This document shows positions 1-10,534 of a stretch of 47,402 nucleotides of DNA, piece by piece (the stretch's first letter is position 1; every line of letters begins with the position of its first letter). The stretch comes from Nemertoderma westbladi (lineage: Eukaryota; Animalia; Xenacoelomorpha), in contig JAUCBJ010006457.1 of assembly GCA_032718475.1 (NCBI GenBank), positions 1 through 47,402 of the forward strand, given 5' to 3'. Both the position numbers and the translations under genes were made by a program. Under the pieces are notes generated by a model. The model worked only from the letters and a program-made list of their open reading frames with translations, was not told the origin of the DNA and made no database searches.

Positions 1-673
1 AAAAGGTCTCTGCCAAACGTTTGGGTTCTCCCGATAATGTTTGAAGCAGGTAATTAAACTTCTCCCTTGATGTAAAGGCGCACACAGCGATCTGAGATTC
101 AATGTAGTCTACGAAAGTGTGCCAATGTTTGGAGCTACCAGAAAACTTAGGTGGTTGTTGCACCGGTAGTCCTTGTCTAGCTGCGAAATTAGCTATTTCC
201 TCGGCAACGTTCAAAGTTTCGCGTCCTTGGTTGGCAATCTGGCTGATGTTCTCTCTTCTAGGCGCTTTTCTTTGATACGATGTGTTTCTCGACGGTATTG
301 GTCTTTGCGGAACTTTAGGATTTCTATTTTGTTCGAATTCGGAATTTCTCGAACTGTCGGTGTGAACTTCCTCCAAGCGTTCCTCGATCTGGGCCAACTT
401 GTTGACAACTGGTCTCAGAATGTCGGCAAATTGTTGGGTACTGATCGCGTCCTTTGGTTGTAACACCCTTTGTATTGGTGTATTTTGTGGAGGATTATCG
501 ATAAATGAATTATCTGAACGCTCACGTTTACATTCGTCGGCCGCTCCTGTTCTAAATACCTCGCGTTCCGGGTAATCCGACTCGCTTGAAGTACTACTAT
601 CACCTGGATACGGTGGTCGACGTGCTCGTGTCCGTTGCGTCGTTCGAATTTTAACATTCCGTTTCGGAACATC

Positions 674-838
674 GTCCGCTGTTCTCCGTTGTTCAGTAGG
701 CTCACAAGTCTTCCTCGAAGTCGTAGATTGCAATGTAAACTGATTAAATGGTCGCGTGTCCACTGTTCTCCATTGTTCGGTAGGCTCACAAGTCTTCCTC
801 GAAGTCGTAGATTGCGATGTAAACTGAACTGGTGGTCG
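674..838. repeat. 84-bp in-frame tandem duplication within gag
   Basis: Two copies with period 84 (GTCC at 674 and 758), each encoding QFTxQSTTSRKTCEPTEQxRT on the minus strand. Confidence 0.9.
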
Positions 839-1499
839 AGTGACAGCGTTTGAATCTAAAGGCCTTGTAGGCCTAAACGTCATTGGGTACGTGTAGTGTG
901 TAACGGGTTTTGGTGTCGAAGGTGGACTCACCTGTTTTGTCGTTAGTAGTGCAGGTCTGGTCAATAAACTACTATGATCGGTAATCGGTGGGTTACTTAC
1001 CTTGACTTTCAGAATAGGCGACGACGTTGCTCTTGGCGGTATGAACTTGTCCGGAATAACAAACCTGTGTTCCGTCGCACCATGGATAGGAGAAATATTA
1101 CTACTACCCGCAATCGAAACAGGTTCCTTAGTCGTAACTGGTGCAAACATAGGAGTTACTTGAGGGAATCTTTGACATAAGTCTTTAACTAATTGTCTTT
1201 CTCACCCAGGTGCCCCTACACTTCCTTCCTTCATTCGTTCCTGAATTTGGCGGTGCCTTACCTCTATCTGGTCCATTTCATGTCCGTCACGAGATTTCAT
1301 CGATCGATCGCGGGCTAGAAGATCCAGATTTTCCTTGGCTTTTGCTAGTTCTCTCGCCTTCCTTTCGAGTTCGAAATGAAGTTTAACTTCTTTCTCGCGT
1401 TGTTCCGTCTGTTGTTGTTGCGCCTCGAACTCCGCTTGTCGTATAGCTGATTGAGCCTTTATTTGTCGTTTTTTCAACTCGGCTCGGGCTTCCGAAACT

Positions 1500-1725
1500 C
1501 GCCTTTGTTCGTCTAACTCTGCTGCTGCCGCTTTTCGTTCCAACTCAGCCGCTGCCGCTGCCGCTGCCGCTTGTCGTTCCAACTCGGCTGCTGCCGCTCG
1601 TCGTTCCAACTCAGCCGCTGCCGCTGCCGCTGCCGCTTGTCGTTCCAACTCAGCCGCTGCCGCTGCCGCTTGTCGTTCCAACTCGGCTGCTGCCGCTCGT
1701 TGCGCTAACTCAGCTGCCGCTGTTC
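1500..1725 (-). repeat. Coding minisatellite, (AELERQ/R/K-A(n)) helical repeats in gag
   Basis: Repeated CGTTCCAACTC(A/G)GC(C/T)GCTGCCGC units translate to ELERQAAAAAAA. Confidence 0.9.
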
Positions 1726-2790
1726 TTTGTGCTATTTCTAGCTCTAACCTTTCCATCTCTACTGCTTCCAATTCGGCTGCTTCTTGTAGATGAGAGATTC
1801 TCGCAACATTTGCGACACGTAGTTTCTCTTCCTCTACAGCTGCTTGTACAGTTAATAATTGAGTTTGTTCTTCCATTTCTCGTTGTTGTCTGTGGTACTG
1901 TTGTTGTTGTCAAGAAATCTCTGACGTTACTATACTTACTTCGCCAATTTCGCTGTGAATACTCACTAATGATTGGTCTAGTATCCCTGGTGCCGGTTCG
2001 ATTTGTGCGGGTGAGGTTTCCCAATCTCCAATGTTTTCGCCACGCATACGCAAATGATCCGTCAGATGTTTCAATTGTCCATCCAGTCTGTACAGTTCCT
2101 GTTCTTCCTCGGGTTTCAATAATTCGTCCGAAACTGACTCACCTAACAACTGGTCCGCTTGTTCCTGTTGTATCTGTCTAATCGTTGTCTTAAACTGAAT
2201 CAGTTTCTCTCTAGCGATCATTAATTTCTCGAGGATTCGAAATTGCGTGTCCGCATCCTGTCTTTGTCTAGCTAAATCTTGTAGACTGATTAGGTTATCT
2301 ACGGACTTATGTACTCTGCTTTGTACTCTCACCTGTAGAGTGTAGAACTCGAATCGGGACATCGGAGCGGTCAACTCGTCTAATATGCGTTGTCCTTCTC
2401 CAATACTCCTAGTAATATGCGCCATGTATCCTCCGACGCTTCTAACCACACTTTCCTGGCTTCCTACTGAACTTACCATGTCCGTTTCCCTGTGTCTGGG
2501 TTGCGGGACCGTTATAAAATCCTCAGTCCTGCCGGCGCCTCGTACTACGGCATCCGGTACTCCCGTTGGATGTACTGGTGACGCGCACGGTGTAGGTTCG
2601 GTAGGCTCACAAGTCTTCCCCTGTGGTTCTTCCGCTTCTGACTTATCTGCGTCACATGAGTCATAGTCGGTTTGTGTATTCTTCGTATAGTCTTGTTTGT
2701 CACTCATTTCGGTAGTTGTAAGTCAAGTAAAGTGACTGTCAAAGTATCAAACTTACCGTATTTATATCAAAATGGTATTAATTACAGTCA

Positions 2791-2925
2791 TATAAAATTA
2801 GCCTACCGGCCGATTTTATAGCAGATGGATAAAATTAGCCTAGCGGCCAATTTTACAGCAAATAAATGTCACGGTGTAAGTATATAATAAAATTAGCCTG
2901 CCGGCCAATTTTACAACAAATAAAT
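2791..2925. repeat. Three ~40-bp imperfect palindromic repeats just upstream of the gag ATG
   Basis: TAAAATTAGCCT(ACC/AGC/GCC)GGCC(G/A)ATTTTA at about 2793, 2830 and 2888; each is self-complementary. Confidence 0.85.
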
Positions 2926-4981
2926 CAGATAACGATATGCGTTATCAAAAGGTAGATTAAATACAATAATAGGACTAATTCAGCAATAAACAAAGATATC
3001 GTACGGAATGCATAAATACTTGAGACAGTGGAACCCACAATAATTTTAACTAATATGGTAATGCCTAACTTATTTATGCAACTTTTCGAACTCCCCCCTC
3101 CAATGATTCTCCAGAAAAACAGATTCCCAGATACAAACCGGACGTGAACCTTTCCGTTTCCAGCGTTGCGGACGAAGTGCGATTTTCCCAACCAAAGTTG
3201 TTGAGTTATCTATCTCCCAAACTTACTAAACACGGTCTTGCTCTCGTTACAGTCTATGAATGAGCTTTGAATCCTGAAAAACAAAAGTGTTAGGTTTTAC
3301 TTTTACGAAAAATTTTGTACCGGTACAATATGGTATTTAAACCCCTTTAAACACCGGTATTCAATTCCAAATATTTTACACACGGTTCAAATCAAAATTT
3401 TTATTTCAAAAAATTAGCACTTAGCTAATCAAATATAAACTTTTACCTCAAAATATAAAATTTTCAAATAACTTTAGTCCTACCGAACCGTAGTTCAGTA
3501 AAACATATTCCTACTATAGGAAGAGACGTACCTAATGCCTGCAATATCCTACTGTAAAGTTTGTGAATCAAATCATAACCCGACCTTCTCACCAAAACAG
3601 TAAACTCTAAGTAAGCGAATATATATATTGCAGTATCGGTCTCTTATAACCGGTGAGGCAGAAAACAGTCTACCAACGGACAAACTTCGATAAAACAAAA
3701 TCCCGCGCAGCGAATCCTAAAATCAGGCTGACTCACTGACGGACTAAGGGGCTCGTATACTTTGCCGCGGTGTGATTTATATGGTTGGGATAGAGAGATG
3801 CTAGCTAGGTGCAGAAAGGTCTAACTAGCGGGCGAAGCACAGTATGGACAAAAATTATTTTATATATTTTGAGGTGTAAATAATTTCTAACGCGCGTGTG
3901 TCTTGATTCTAAACAGTCAAAGTCAGTTTTGCTCCTTCATATATATTATTACTGGGTCCGGTGTGCATTTTACGAATATTCTAATTTTGTAACTTGTAGG
4001 TCCAATACTCACGAATGATAAGGCTCCTTCCCCTTTCGTGTATTTCCAGGACTCAAATTCAGGCATAAGGTTAATACTACGCCCAGAATTCGGCAATTTA
4101 ATTTACCAGGTCCCTAATACTATGAAGAAATGTGTTAGTTTACTACAGTAGGCGTACTGTTACAAATAGCTAGCCTGGTGTTCTTATCTAGAATTTTGGT
4201 TGCCTAGATGGGCACGGCAACTTCCTAACAGAATGTTGGCGGGGACACGGTAGATGTTAGTATCCCTAATAGCCTCAATTTATTTTGCGCCTAGTTGTAA
4301 ACTGCCCTACCGCCTGAACGGTACAATCCTAATTCAGGTGAAACACAGTAACCCTTCTGGCCTACAAGTTCAAATGCAATGGACACCGTTGTACTACAAA
4401 TGGTCACAGACGCACCTATACTTAGCAAGAGTTAGGCGTACAGTTTGCTGCACCCTACCAATGTGTATGCCTTGTACCGGTGTGCCTGCGTCCTATCTGT
4501 GTACTAGTATCTCTGCCTGATCTCCTCTCCCCGTAGGAATATGAAGGTCTACTGTGGGTTTTTCTCTGAATTAAGACAGTACGGTCCCTAGATGTAATTT
4601 TTAGCGCACAGCGTGTCACTTCCTCTACCTTCGATCTTTGGTCTTATACTTAGGTAGCAAGGCATTGAACGCTGTCTAACCTTTCAGGCGATGGGCGAAT
4701 AACTAAGAGTGATATTGCGGGTTGTCTCCTGTCTACATTCCTCAGATGTTCCCGTTCATTGCTGTGGCCCGATGTTTAGCCTGCCATCCTGTCCCTCAGT
4801 TAAGTTCACCGTGGTAAAACATGATAGGAAAAGGGCAGATGTAACAAGTATTTCTAACTTTTATTACAAAAGATATACATAAACGTAACAAGAAACTAAT
4901 AGATAACTAATAAGTGATAATCTAAGATTAGGATAAGCAAGAATGATTAACTACTATAATAACTAATGAACAAATCGCACC

Positions 4982-5128
4982 TTTTTATAGCAAATTTGTG
5001 CTGCAATCAATCGACAAAATTCTCGATTGTTCTATGAGTTCTAATAGGTTTTTAAAGATAACTATTGGTCCAGCGAATATATAACTTGCACGACATTGGT
5101 TACTATCTAATAACTGCAATCCCATTGG
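4982..5128 (-). promoter_or_regulatory. LTR Pol II promoter: three CCAAT boxes plus TATA
   Basis: CCAAT at 5128, 5099 and 5068 (about 30-bp spacing); TATAAAAAGGTGC at 4989. The same layout recurs in the opposite-strand copy at 5908-6040. Confidence 0.6.
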
Positions 5129-5195
5129 TTAATCTACTTCGAGCAAATGCAATTTAATTTGTAGCGGTTAATTTAAATGAGTTGAAACTCTGCAC

Positions 5196-5280
5196 AAAAA
5201 ATAATTCGCACCTACTAGGATTCGAATTCAATACCTACTACATATAATTTCCAACGCTTTACCGACTGAGCTACTGAACC
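5196..5280 (-). other. tRNA-like Pol III cassette inside the LTR (not a functional tRNA)
   Basis: GGTTCAG-TAGCTCAGTCGG (A box)...GAATTCGAATCC (B box)...T6 terminator. Acceptor and anticodon stems do not pair well. Confidence 0.7.
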
Positions 5281-5390
5281 ACTTGAATAATCATCGTACA
5301 AATAGATATAGTAAATACAAATGAGGACTTAATGTAATCTTTATAGCAAAGTTAATTCGAACAAAATAAAATTTTGAAAATCCACGGCAT

Positions 5391-5582
5391 TTATGAGAAT
5401 ATAATTCTATATTCGCTCTTTTTATGATAATTTACCATTTGTGAACAGTTCTTGCAAACAGCTGAGACATTGTTCATCCCTGATTCTACATCAGTGAACA
5501 TGGCCCATATGTCTGATATGGGCCACCCTCTTTTCTTATAGTTGACTCCGATGCAGCCGATAACGGTACTAGAGATGTCCAC
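5391..5582 (-). pseudogene. BED zinc-finger fragment, probably the N-terminus of a hAT-type transposase
   Basis: KRGWPISDIWAMFT...SAVCKNCSQMVNYHKKSE fits the BED pattern S.(I/V)W..F...A.CxxC...; the terminal His ligands are missing next to the LTR. Confidence 0.6.
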
Positions 5583-5679
5583 GTTGTTATATACTGCTGC
5601 ATTACTGGAACTGGTAGTTGTAGTAATACTACCAGTATTTGTTGAATTATTTCACTATTAGGTAGCAATTTGTAAGTAG

Positions 5680-6450
5680 TACTACGTAAAAAACTTTCAA
5701 AATCCGACGTATTTGCCTTGTTTTACAGTTTGTTATAAATTCGTATATTACCTATGTATATTATATTTCTGCATAAGTTGCTACTGGCGCGGTGGTCCAG
5801 TAGGTTAGCGCACAGGTTACACCTAGGGTAGGTCGAGAGTTCGTATCTGGGTTGGTAAAAATTTATATTTTGTGCAATTTATTTTCCATCTCGCCAAACT
5901 AGATAAACCAATGGAGTGCGTACAACATGTGAACTGAGTAGATTGGCCAATCATAGGGTGCTTGATAATTTATTGGTCCAATGTGAGCCCATGGAATGTT
6001 CTAGTGTAATTCCATGCTTAGGATTTCCTATATAAGGTGCCATTTGCCCTTCGGTTATCACTACTACTATATATTAAAAATTTATCTTGTCTCTTACTAA
6101 CTTGTTAATACCTCACTAATCTTAAACCTTGACTAACTTATCTGTTATTCTGATTTGTAAAGTTTAGTTTAGTTTCGATAAATCATTTGTTATTTACGTT
6201 AAAATATACTGAAAACTCTAAACATGTAGTTTTAGCGTATCTATCTTTAACAGCCAAATGCTTTGGAGAATGGCTGCCTAAACCTGTAGGCCACAGCAAC
6301 GCAAGGGGAAGGGATGTCCACGACGCATAAGGGAACCCGAACTATCTCGCCCATACCTATTTGGAAGGTATGACCCAATTGCCTGAGAACGCCCATGTTA
6401 GAAGAGCGTATATAAATAAACGCAGACTCGATCTTTAGGCAAACTCAGAT
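5680..6450 (+). mobile_element. Partial LTR of a related family, opposite orientation
   Basis: Colinear shared blocks with 5389->4660: TTTCAAAAT, tRNA-like cassette, TTTTGTGCA, TAGAT(A/T)AACCAATGG, CCAAT x3, TATA-AAGGTGC, ATGGC..CTAAAC..GGCCACAGCAA, AACCCG, TCGCCCAT. Confidence 0.65.
5786..5871 (+). other. tRNA-like Pol III cassette in the second LTR copy
   Basis: GGCGCGG-TGGTCCAGTAGG (A box, 5793-5804), GAGTTCGTATC (B box, 5837-5847), T4 run at 5868-5871. Confidence 0.6.
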
Positions 6451-6482
6451 ATTAATTATAATAATAATAATAATAATAAATC

Positions 6483-7425
6483 TGATATCATAACGGAAAA
6501 CAGTACAGCAGTACTACAACTACCCAACACCACAGTAGGCCCGTAGGCATAAAGCACACAGTTAGACAATAACTCTCTAACGGTAACACAGAACAGTAGG
6601 GTAGTGTTACATACTGTATGGTCAAATAGTATTTAATATAATGGCACAACTGCTTCTTTCTGTAGTTTGTGTTATTTCCAATTCGCACAAATCAAACTTT
6701 CAAATCTTCAGGTCAGGGTGTGGCCAGTTTTTCTGTTTGAGTTTTGAAGTGAAACTATCTGTCATCTTCCTCACCAATATCTCCATTAGTAACCCAGTCA
6801 CCAGAATGTAACCACTGGGGGGTCTTCAGCTTGGGGAGCTTGGGTAGGCTCAGAATTATTCTCTGAAATCTTCAAATCATCTTTCTTTGTTGCTCCTACA
6901 ATAGGAGCACTAGCTGTAACCTCAGCTGGGCTGTGATCTGTATTATTGTTGGTTAAGCTTGGGATGAAGTCACTATCAGAATCAGAAGACACCATAGGAG
7001 TGTCAACTTGAGGCTGTCTATCGATTGATTCACTCAAATGTCTACTGTTATTAGCAGGAATAATATCACACAATGGAACATCATACTTTCTGGAACCAAA
7101 AAATGAGTTACACATCTTCTGTAGAGTAGCCATATTATCCTTGATACTAATAATAATGAAGTGATCTCTCCCATGGAACTTATCACCATCCTGTTTGATA
7201 TACACTAGATCTCGTTGATCAACATGAGCGGCTTTTGCTTCAGGGCCACCCCATGCCTTTGATAAGGCACTAAACTTGTGATTCTCTTGGCGTGATTTAA
7301 GTTGAGCTGATCCAAGATCTGAATCAACAAAGAATAATTGCTTTCCTGTGATCTGATCATGCTGAAACATTATTTCCTTAGCAGAAAGGCCACGATATCG
7401 GATGCGATTATTTAAGTTGATCTAC
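6483..7425 (-). mobile_element. Gypsy-type LTR retrotransposon 3' remnant: integrase C-terminus, PPT and 3' LTR (about 6483-6764)
   Basis: Minus frame NLNNRIRYRGLSAKEIMFQHDQ...DLVYIKQDGDKFHGRDHF resembles integrase C-termini of invertebrate Gypsy elements. Purine tract GAGGAAGA (6772-6765) is followed by TGACAG...ATATCA with an internal ATTAAA. Confidence 0.7.
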
Positions 7426-7499
7426 CACCAAAGTCAAAGAAACAGGTGAAATTGTACCAGTGGTATCGGTATTATAGTATAGTATAGTATAGGTAACGC

Positions 7500-10400
7500 C
7501 TCATTATAGGCGTTCGGAATTTGGTAGTGTGGTTCTGATGATGATATCTTGGTTCGGACAACCAATACCTGCCCCAGCTTTCTTAGACACATTACATCGA
7601 GAGTACAATATGGTAGTCCATTGGCGATCAAATTTGTTTCTTCTTCCCCCAGGAGTGGCCGGTCGCGAGGTCGTTTCCGAGATGTCACGGCTCCTCAACA
7701 TGTGCAGTGGTGACTTTGGACTCGAGGATGCTGCTCTAACGGCGTTAATGATTCTCCCCGCCCTCCTCCTACAGAAACCATCCTGCTCATCGAACATAGC
7801 GACCCACCAACGAGTTTTAGAACGTCGCATGAAATCTTGGAAACTCGGTCGGTTTGAAGAACTTCTCCAAGAGGCCAGCGCAATCCAAGCCCACCTCACT
7901 CGTGGTTCCTCCCGCGTGACAACCATCCATAATAATGCAGCAGTGCGCGCTTTCTGCCGGCACATGCTGGTCGGCAATGTGAGTGCAGCCATTCGTAGTC
8001 TAGACGAGCTATCTAAGGGAGGGTTCATAAACTTAGCCAGATAGTTACAGATAAGAACGGAGTCACTAAAACTGTGAAGGAGTTTCATTTGGACAAACAT
8101 CCCCCTGCAGAAACAGCAGACAATATGACATTGCTGGAGGGATTTGATCGGGCACCTGAGTTCCATGGAGATATATTCGAGAAGATTGATGCCCAGTTGG
8201 TTCTCACTAGCCTCCTTCATATTAACGGGAATGCTGCTGGCCCTTCCGGGCTCAACGTCCAGGGATGGAAGTACATTGCCACCTGATTCCGAGGAGCCTC
8301 TTCTGAGCTATGTTCAAGCATCGCCATGGCAGTGAGAAAGGTTGCCCAAACACCAATTGACTCTGGTCGTCTCTCATCATTACTCTCGGCTCGCCTGGTT
8401 GCTATAGATAAGTGCCCGGGCGTCAGGCCGATTGGCATAGGGGAAGTACTCCGACGCATTATTGGAAAGTCAATCATCGTGAGCGTCTCGGATGATCTAC
8501 AGACTGTCGGTGGCTCAGTACAGTTATGTTGCGGGCAGAAAGCGGGGATTGAACACGCCGTACATAGTCTAAATGACGCGTTTGACAGCGATGGGTGCGA
8601 GGCGGTTCTACAAGTGGACGCAAACAATGCGTTTAATTCATTAAACCGCAGCGCTGTGACACACAATATCGGCATCATTTGTCCTTCCCTTAAGCCTGCG
8701 GTAACCAACTGCTACGCCCAGCCAACCAAACTGTTTATCGGGGGCGAGTTTATATACTCATCCGAGGGTTTTACCCAAGGCGACACTCTCGCAATGCCGA
8801 GCTACGCCATTGGGACGATCCCGCTGTTAGATGAGCTGGAGGAAGCGTCCGGCGTGAACCAGAAGTGGTATACGGATGCCGGGAATGTGGCCGGAACACT
8901 GTCTTGAGCTCCGGAATTGGTGGGACTTAGTAGCTGCACGGGGTCCTTTATACTTTCCGACGAAATGTGTCCTCCTCGTAAAGCCAGAGTTTCTCGGAGA
9001 AGCTGAGTCCTTATTCCCGGAGCCCTGCTTTACGATCGAGGTCCGTGGGTGCCGACTTCTCGGCGGCGCCGTCGGCACTGAAGAGTTCCAACAGGAGTTT
9101 GTCGATGCCAAGGTTACCGAGTTTGTCCGACAGGTGGAGCGTCTCGAAGGTATCGCCGCCATTGACCCGCACTGCGTATACGCGGGCCTCGTGATTGGGT
9201 TGTCGGCGTGTTGGCAATACATATCGCGCGTTATTCTGCAGTCTACGGATCGGTTCGGAGATCTCGAGGCCACCGTCGAGAAGTGTCTTGTGATCCCACT
9301 TTAGCGATCCCACTTCCGACCGACCTAGAGGAGCAATATAGCAATTCTAGATTGTTATGTGCGCCATTTAATAAGGGGGGTAATGTAAAAGAAAGAGCAG
9401 AACTGCAAAAAGAGGCTACTAACCTTATAAGGATCCGGGAAACCACCAACCTGAAGAAGAAGGTCCAGGAGGTTCATTCAGGACTCAATCGGGACCAACA
9501 ACACCTACGGGAGCTGACATCCGAGAAGGGCGCTTCGTCCTGGTTAAACTCTCGCCCAGTGACGATCCACAACACCCACCTAGGTAAACAGGAGCTCCGT
9601 GACGCTCTGTGCCTGTGCTTTGGTTGGCAACCGAGACTTCTTCCGGCCCGGTGCGCCTGTGGGACACGATTTTTAGTAAAGTATGCTATGTCGTGTCCTA
9701 CAGGCGGCTGGCTATCTGTCTATTCGCCACAATGAAGTCCGCGATTTCTTCGCCACTACACTAACCGAAGTAGCGCATAACGTCGCGGTCGAACCTCGTT
9801 TGCAGCCAGTCACCGGTGTGCAGTTCATCCGACGTTCCACTTCCACCGACAACCAAGCCCACCTCGATGTGTCCGTCTGCGGATTCTGGGGTTCCAGGTA
9901 TCAGAAGATATTCCTGGATATCTCCATCTTTAACCCCCTAGCCCCCACGAATGCTGCAATGCCTCTCGCCGACGCCCACCTCCATCACGAGGCCCGCAAA
10001 GCGAATTCGTGAAATTGAGTTGGCGACATTTACGCCACTCATATTCTCGGCGTTTGGTGGCTTCTCGCCAACCACGACTCAGTTCGTGAAGCGACCCGGG
10101 ATATTACTCTCCGTGAAGCATGAGGCACCGTACTCCGAGTGTATTTGTGGATCCGCCGTGAATTGAGTTTCGCACTACTCCACGCGGGTTTAATGTGCGG
10201 GGTGCGCGTTCTGCATGGAATCGACCTGTATGCTGCGAGACTCCGATACAGATGGCCAACTCGGACACCGACACATCGCCGTACCCATAGGCGACTAAAT
10301 CACCTGTCTGCATGTCCAGGTTTTGAAGTGCGCATCACGACTCTTTTAGGCCTAGTATTAGTAATATACTGGTATTTTTATGTAGGCTTATATTGTTATT

Positions 10401-10520
10401 GTTATTCTTGTTACCTAGGCTATGTCAGCTGGTGGTGGGACAATGATTGTTTCATATATTATATATTAATACTTTCATTATTATTATTATTATTATCATT
10501 ATTTGTATTATTATTATAAT
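7500..10520 (+). mobile_element. Decayed CRE-clade-like non-LTR retrotransposon (RT, CCHC, restriction-like endonuclease)
   Basis: Fragmented ORFs carry VVHWRSNLF, LLLQKP, RLVAIDKCPGVRPIGIGEVLRRIIGK, DANNAFNSLNR, TQGD, WYTDA (damaged YADD), SSWL, CACG..SC..GG, RHNEVRD, LDVS..GFW, FLDI.IFNP, FTPLIFS. Multiple stops and frameshifts; (TAT)n tail at about 10480-10520. Confidence 0.85.
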
Positions 10521-10534
10521 TTTCGAATAATAAT

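Larger units (their letters stand above)
1..2707 (-). pseudogene. gag: BEL/Pao gag(-pol) ORF, about 900 codons visible in one frame with two in-frame TGA stops
   Basis: ORFs 2707-1910 and 1876-1202 and the unlisted open stretch 1201->1 are all in one frame (...ATT TCT TGA CAA CAA...; ...CCT GGG TGA GAA AGA...). The gag motif is at the left edge. Confidence 0.8.
1..5389 (-). mobile_element. BEL/Pao LTR retrotransposon, 5' part (LTR, leader, gag), truncated by the window edge
   Basis: Minus-strand frame near 200->1 reads LPVQQPPKFSGSSKHWHTFVDYIESQI...SREKFNYLLQTLSGEPKRL, the BEL/Pao gag (DUF1759-type) signature PxFxG..W..F...EKxxYL...L.GE. An LTR-like block lies upstream. Confidence 0.8.
3763..5389 (-). 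repeat. Candidate 5' LTR of the BEL/Pao element (1627 bp)
   Basis: Minus-strand termini TGCCGTGG (5389) and CCGCGGCA (3763) give TG...CA with an 8-bp inverted repeat (1 mismatch). Internal CCAAT x3 and TATA. The 5389 end coincides with the point where the BED-finger similarity stops. No partner LTR in the window, so boundaries are inferred. Confidence 0.55.

Noticed and set aside
1202-1912. Programmed TGA readthrough or recoding in gag
   Set aside because: Single-base decay (CGA/TGG->TGA) explains both stops, and neighbouring elements show ordinary TGA/TAG/TAA decay. Only conservation of the stops across copies would revive the idea.
4680-4770. Hammerhead (CTGAGGA...GAAA) or CPEB3/HDV-like ribozyme (GGCCACAGCA) in the LTR
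   Set aside because: Stem II cannot form and the second copy lacks the hammerhead core; the CPEB3 match is 10 nt with no nested pseudoknot.
5196-5871. Functional tRNA genes
   Set aside because: A and B boxes are present, but acceptor and anticodon stems do not pair; no assignable anticodon.
7434-9449. Long minus-strand ORFs over the CRE element and similar antisense ORFs over other LINEs and gag
   Set aside because: Shadow frames of GC-richer TE coding sequence with no motifs.
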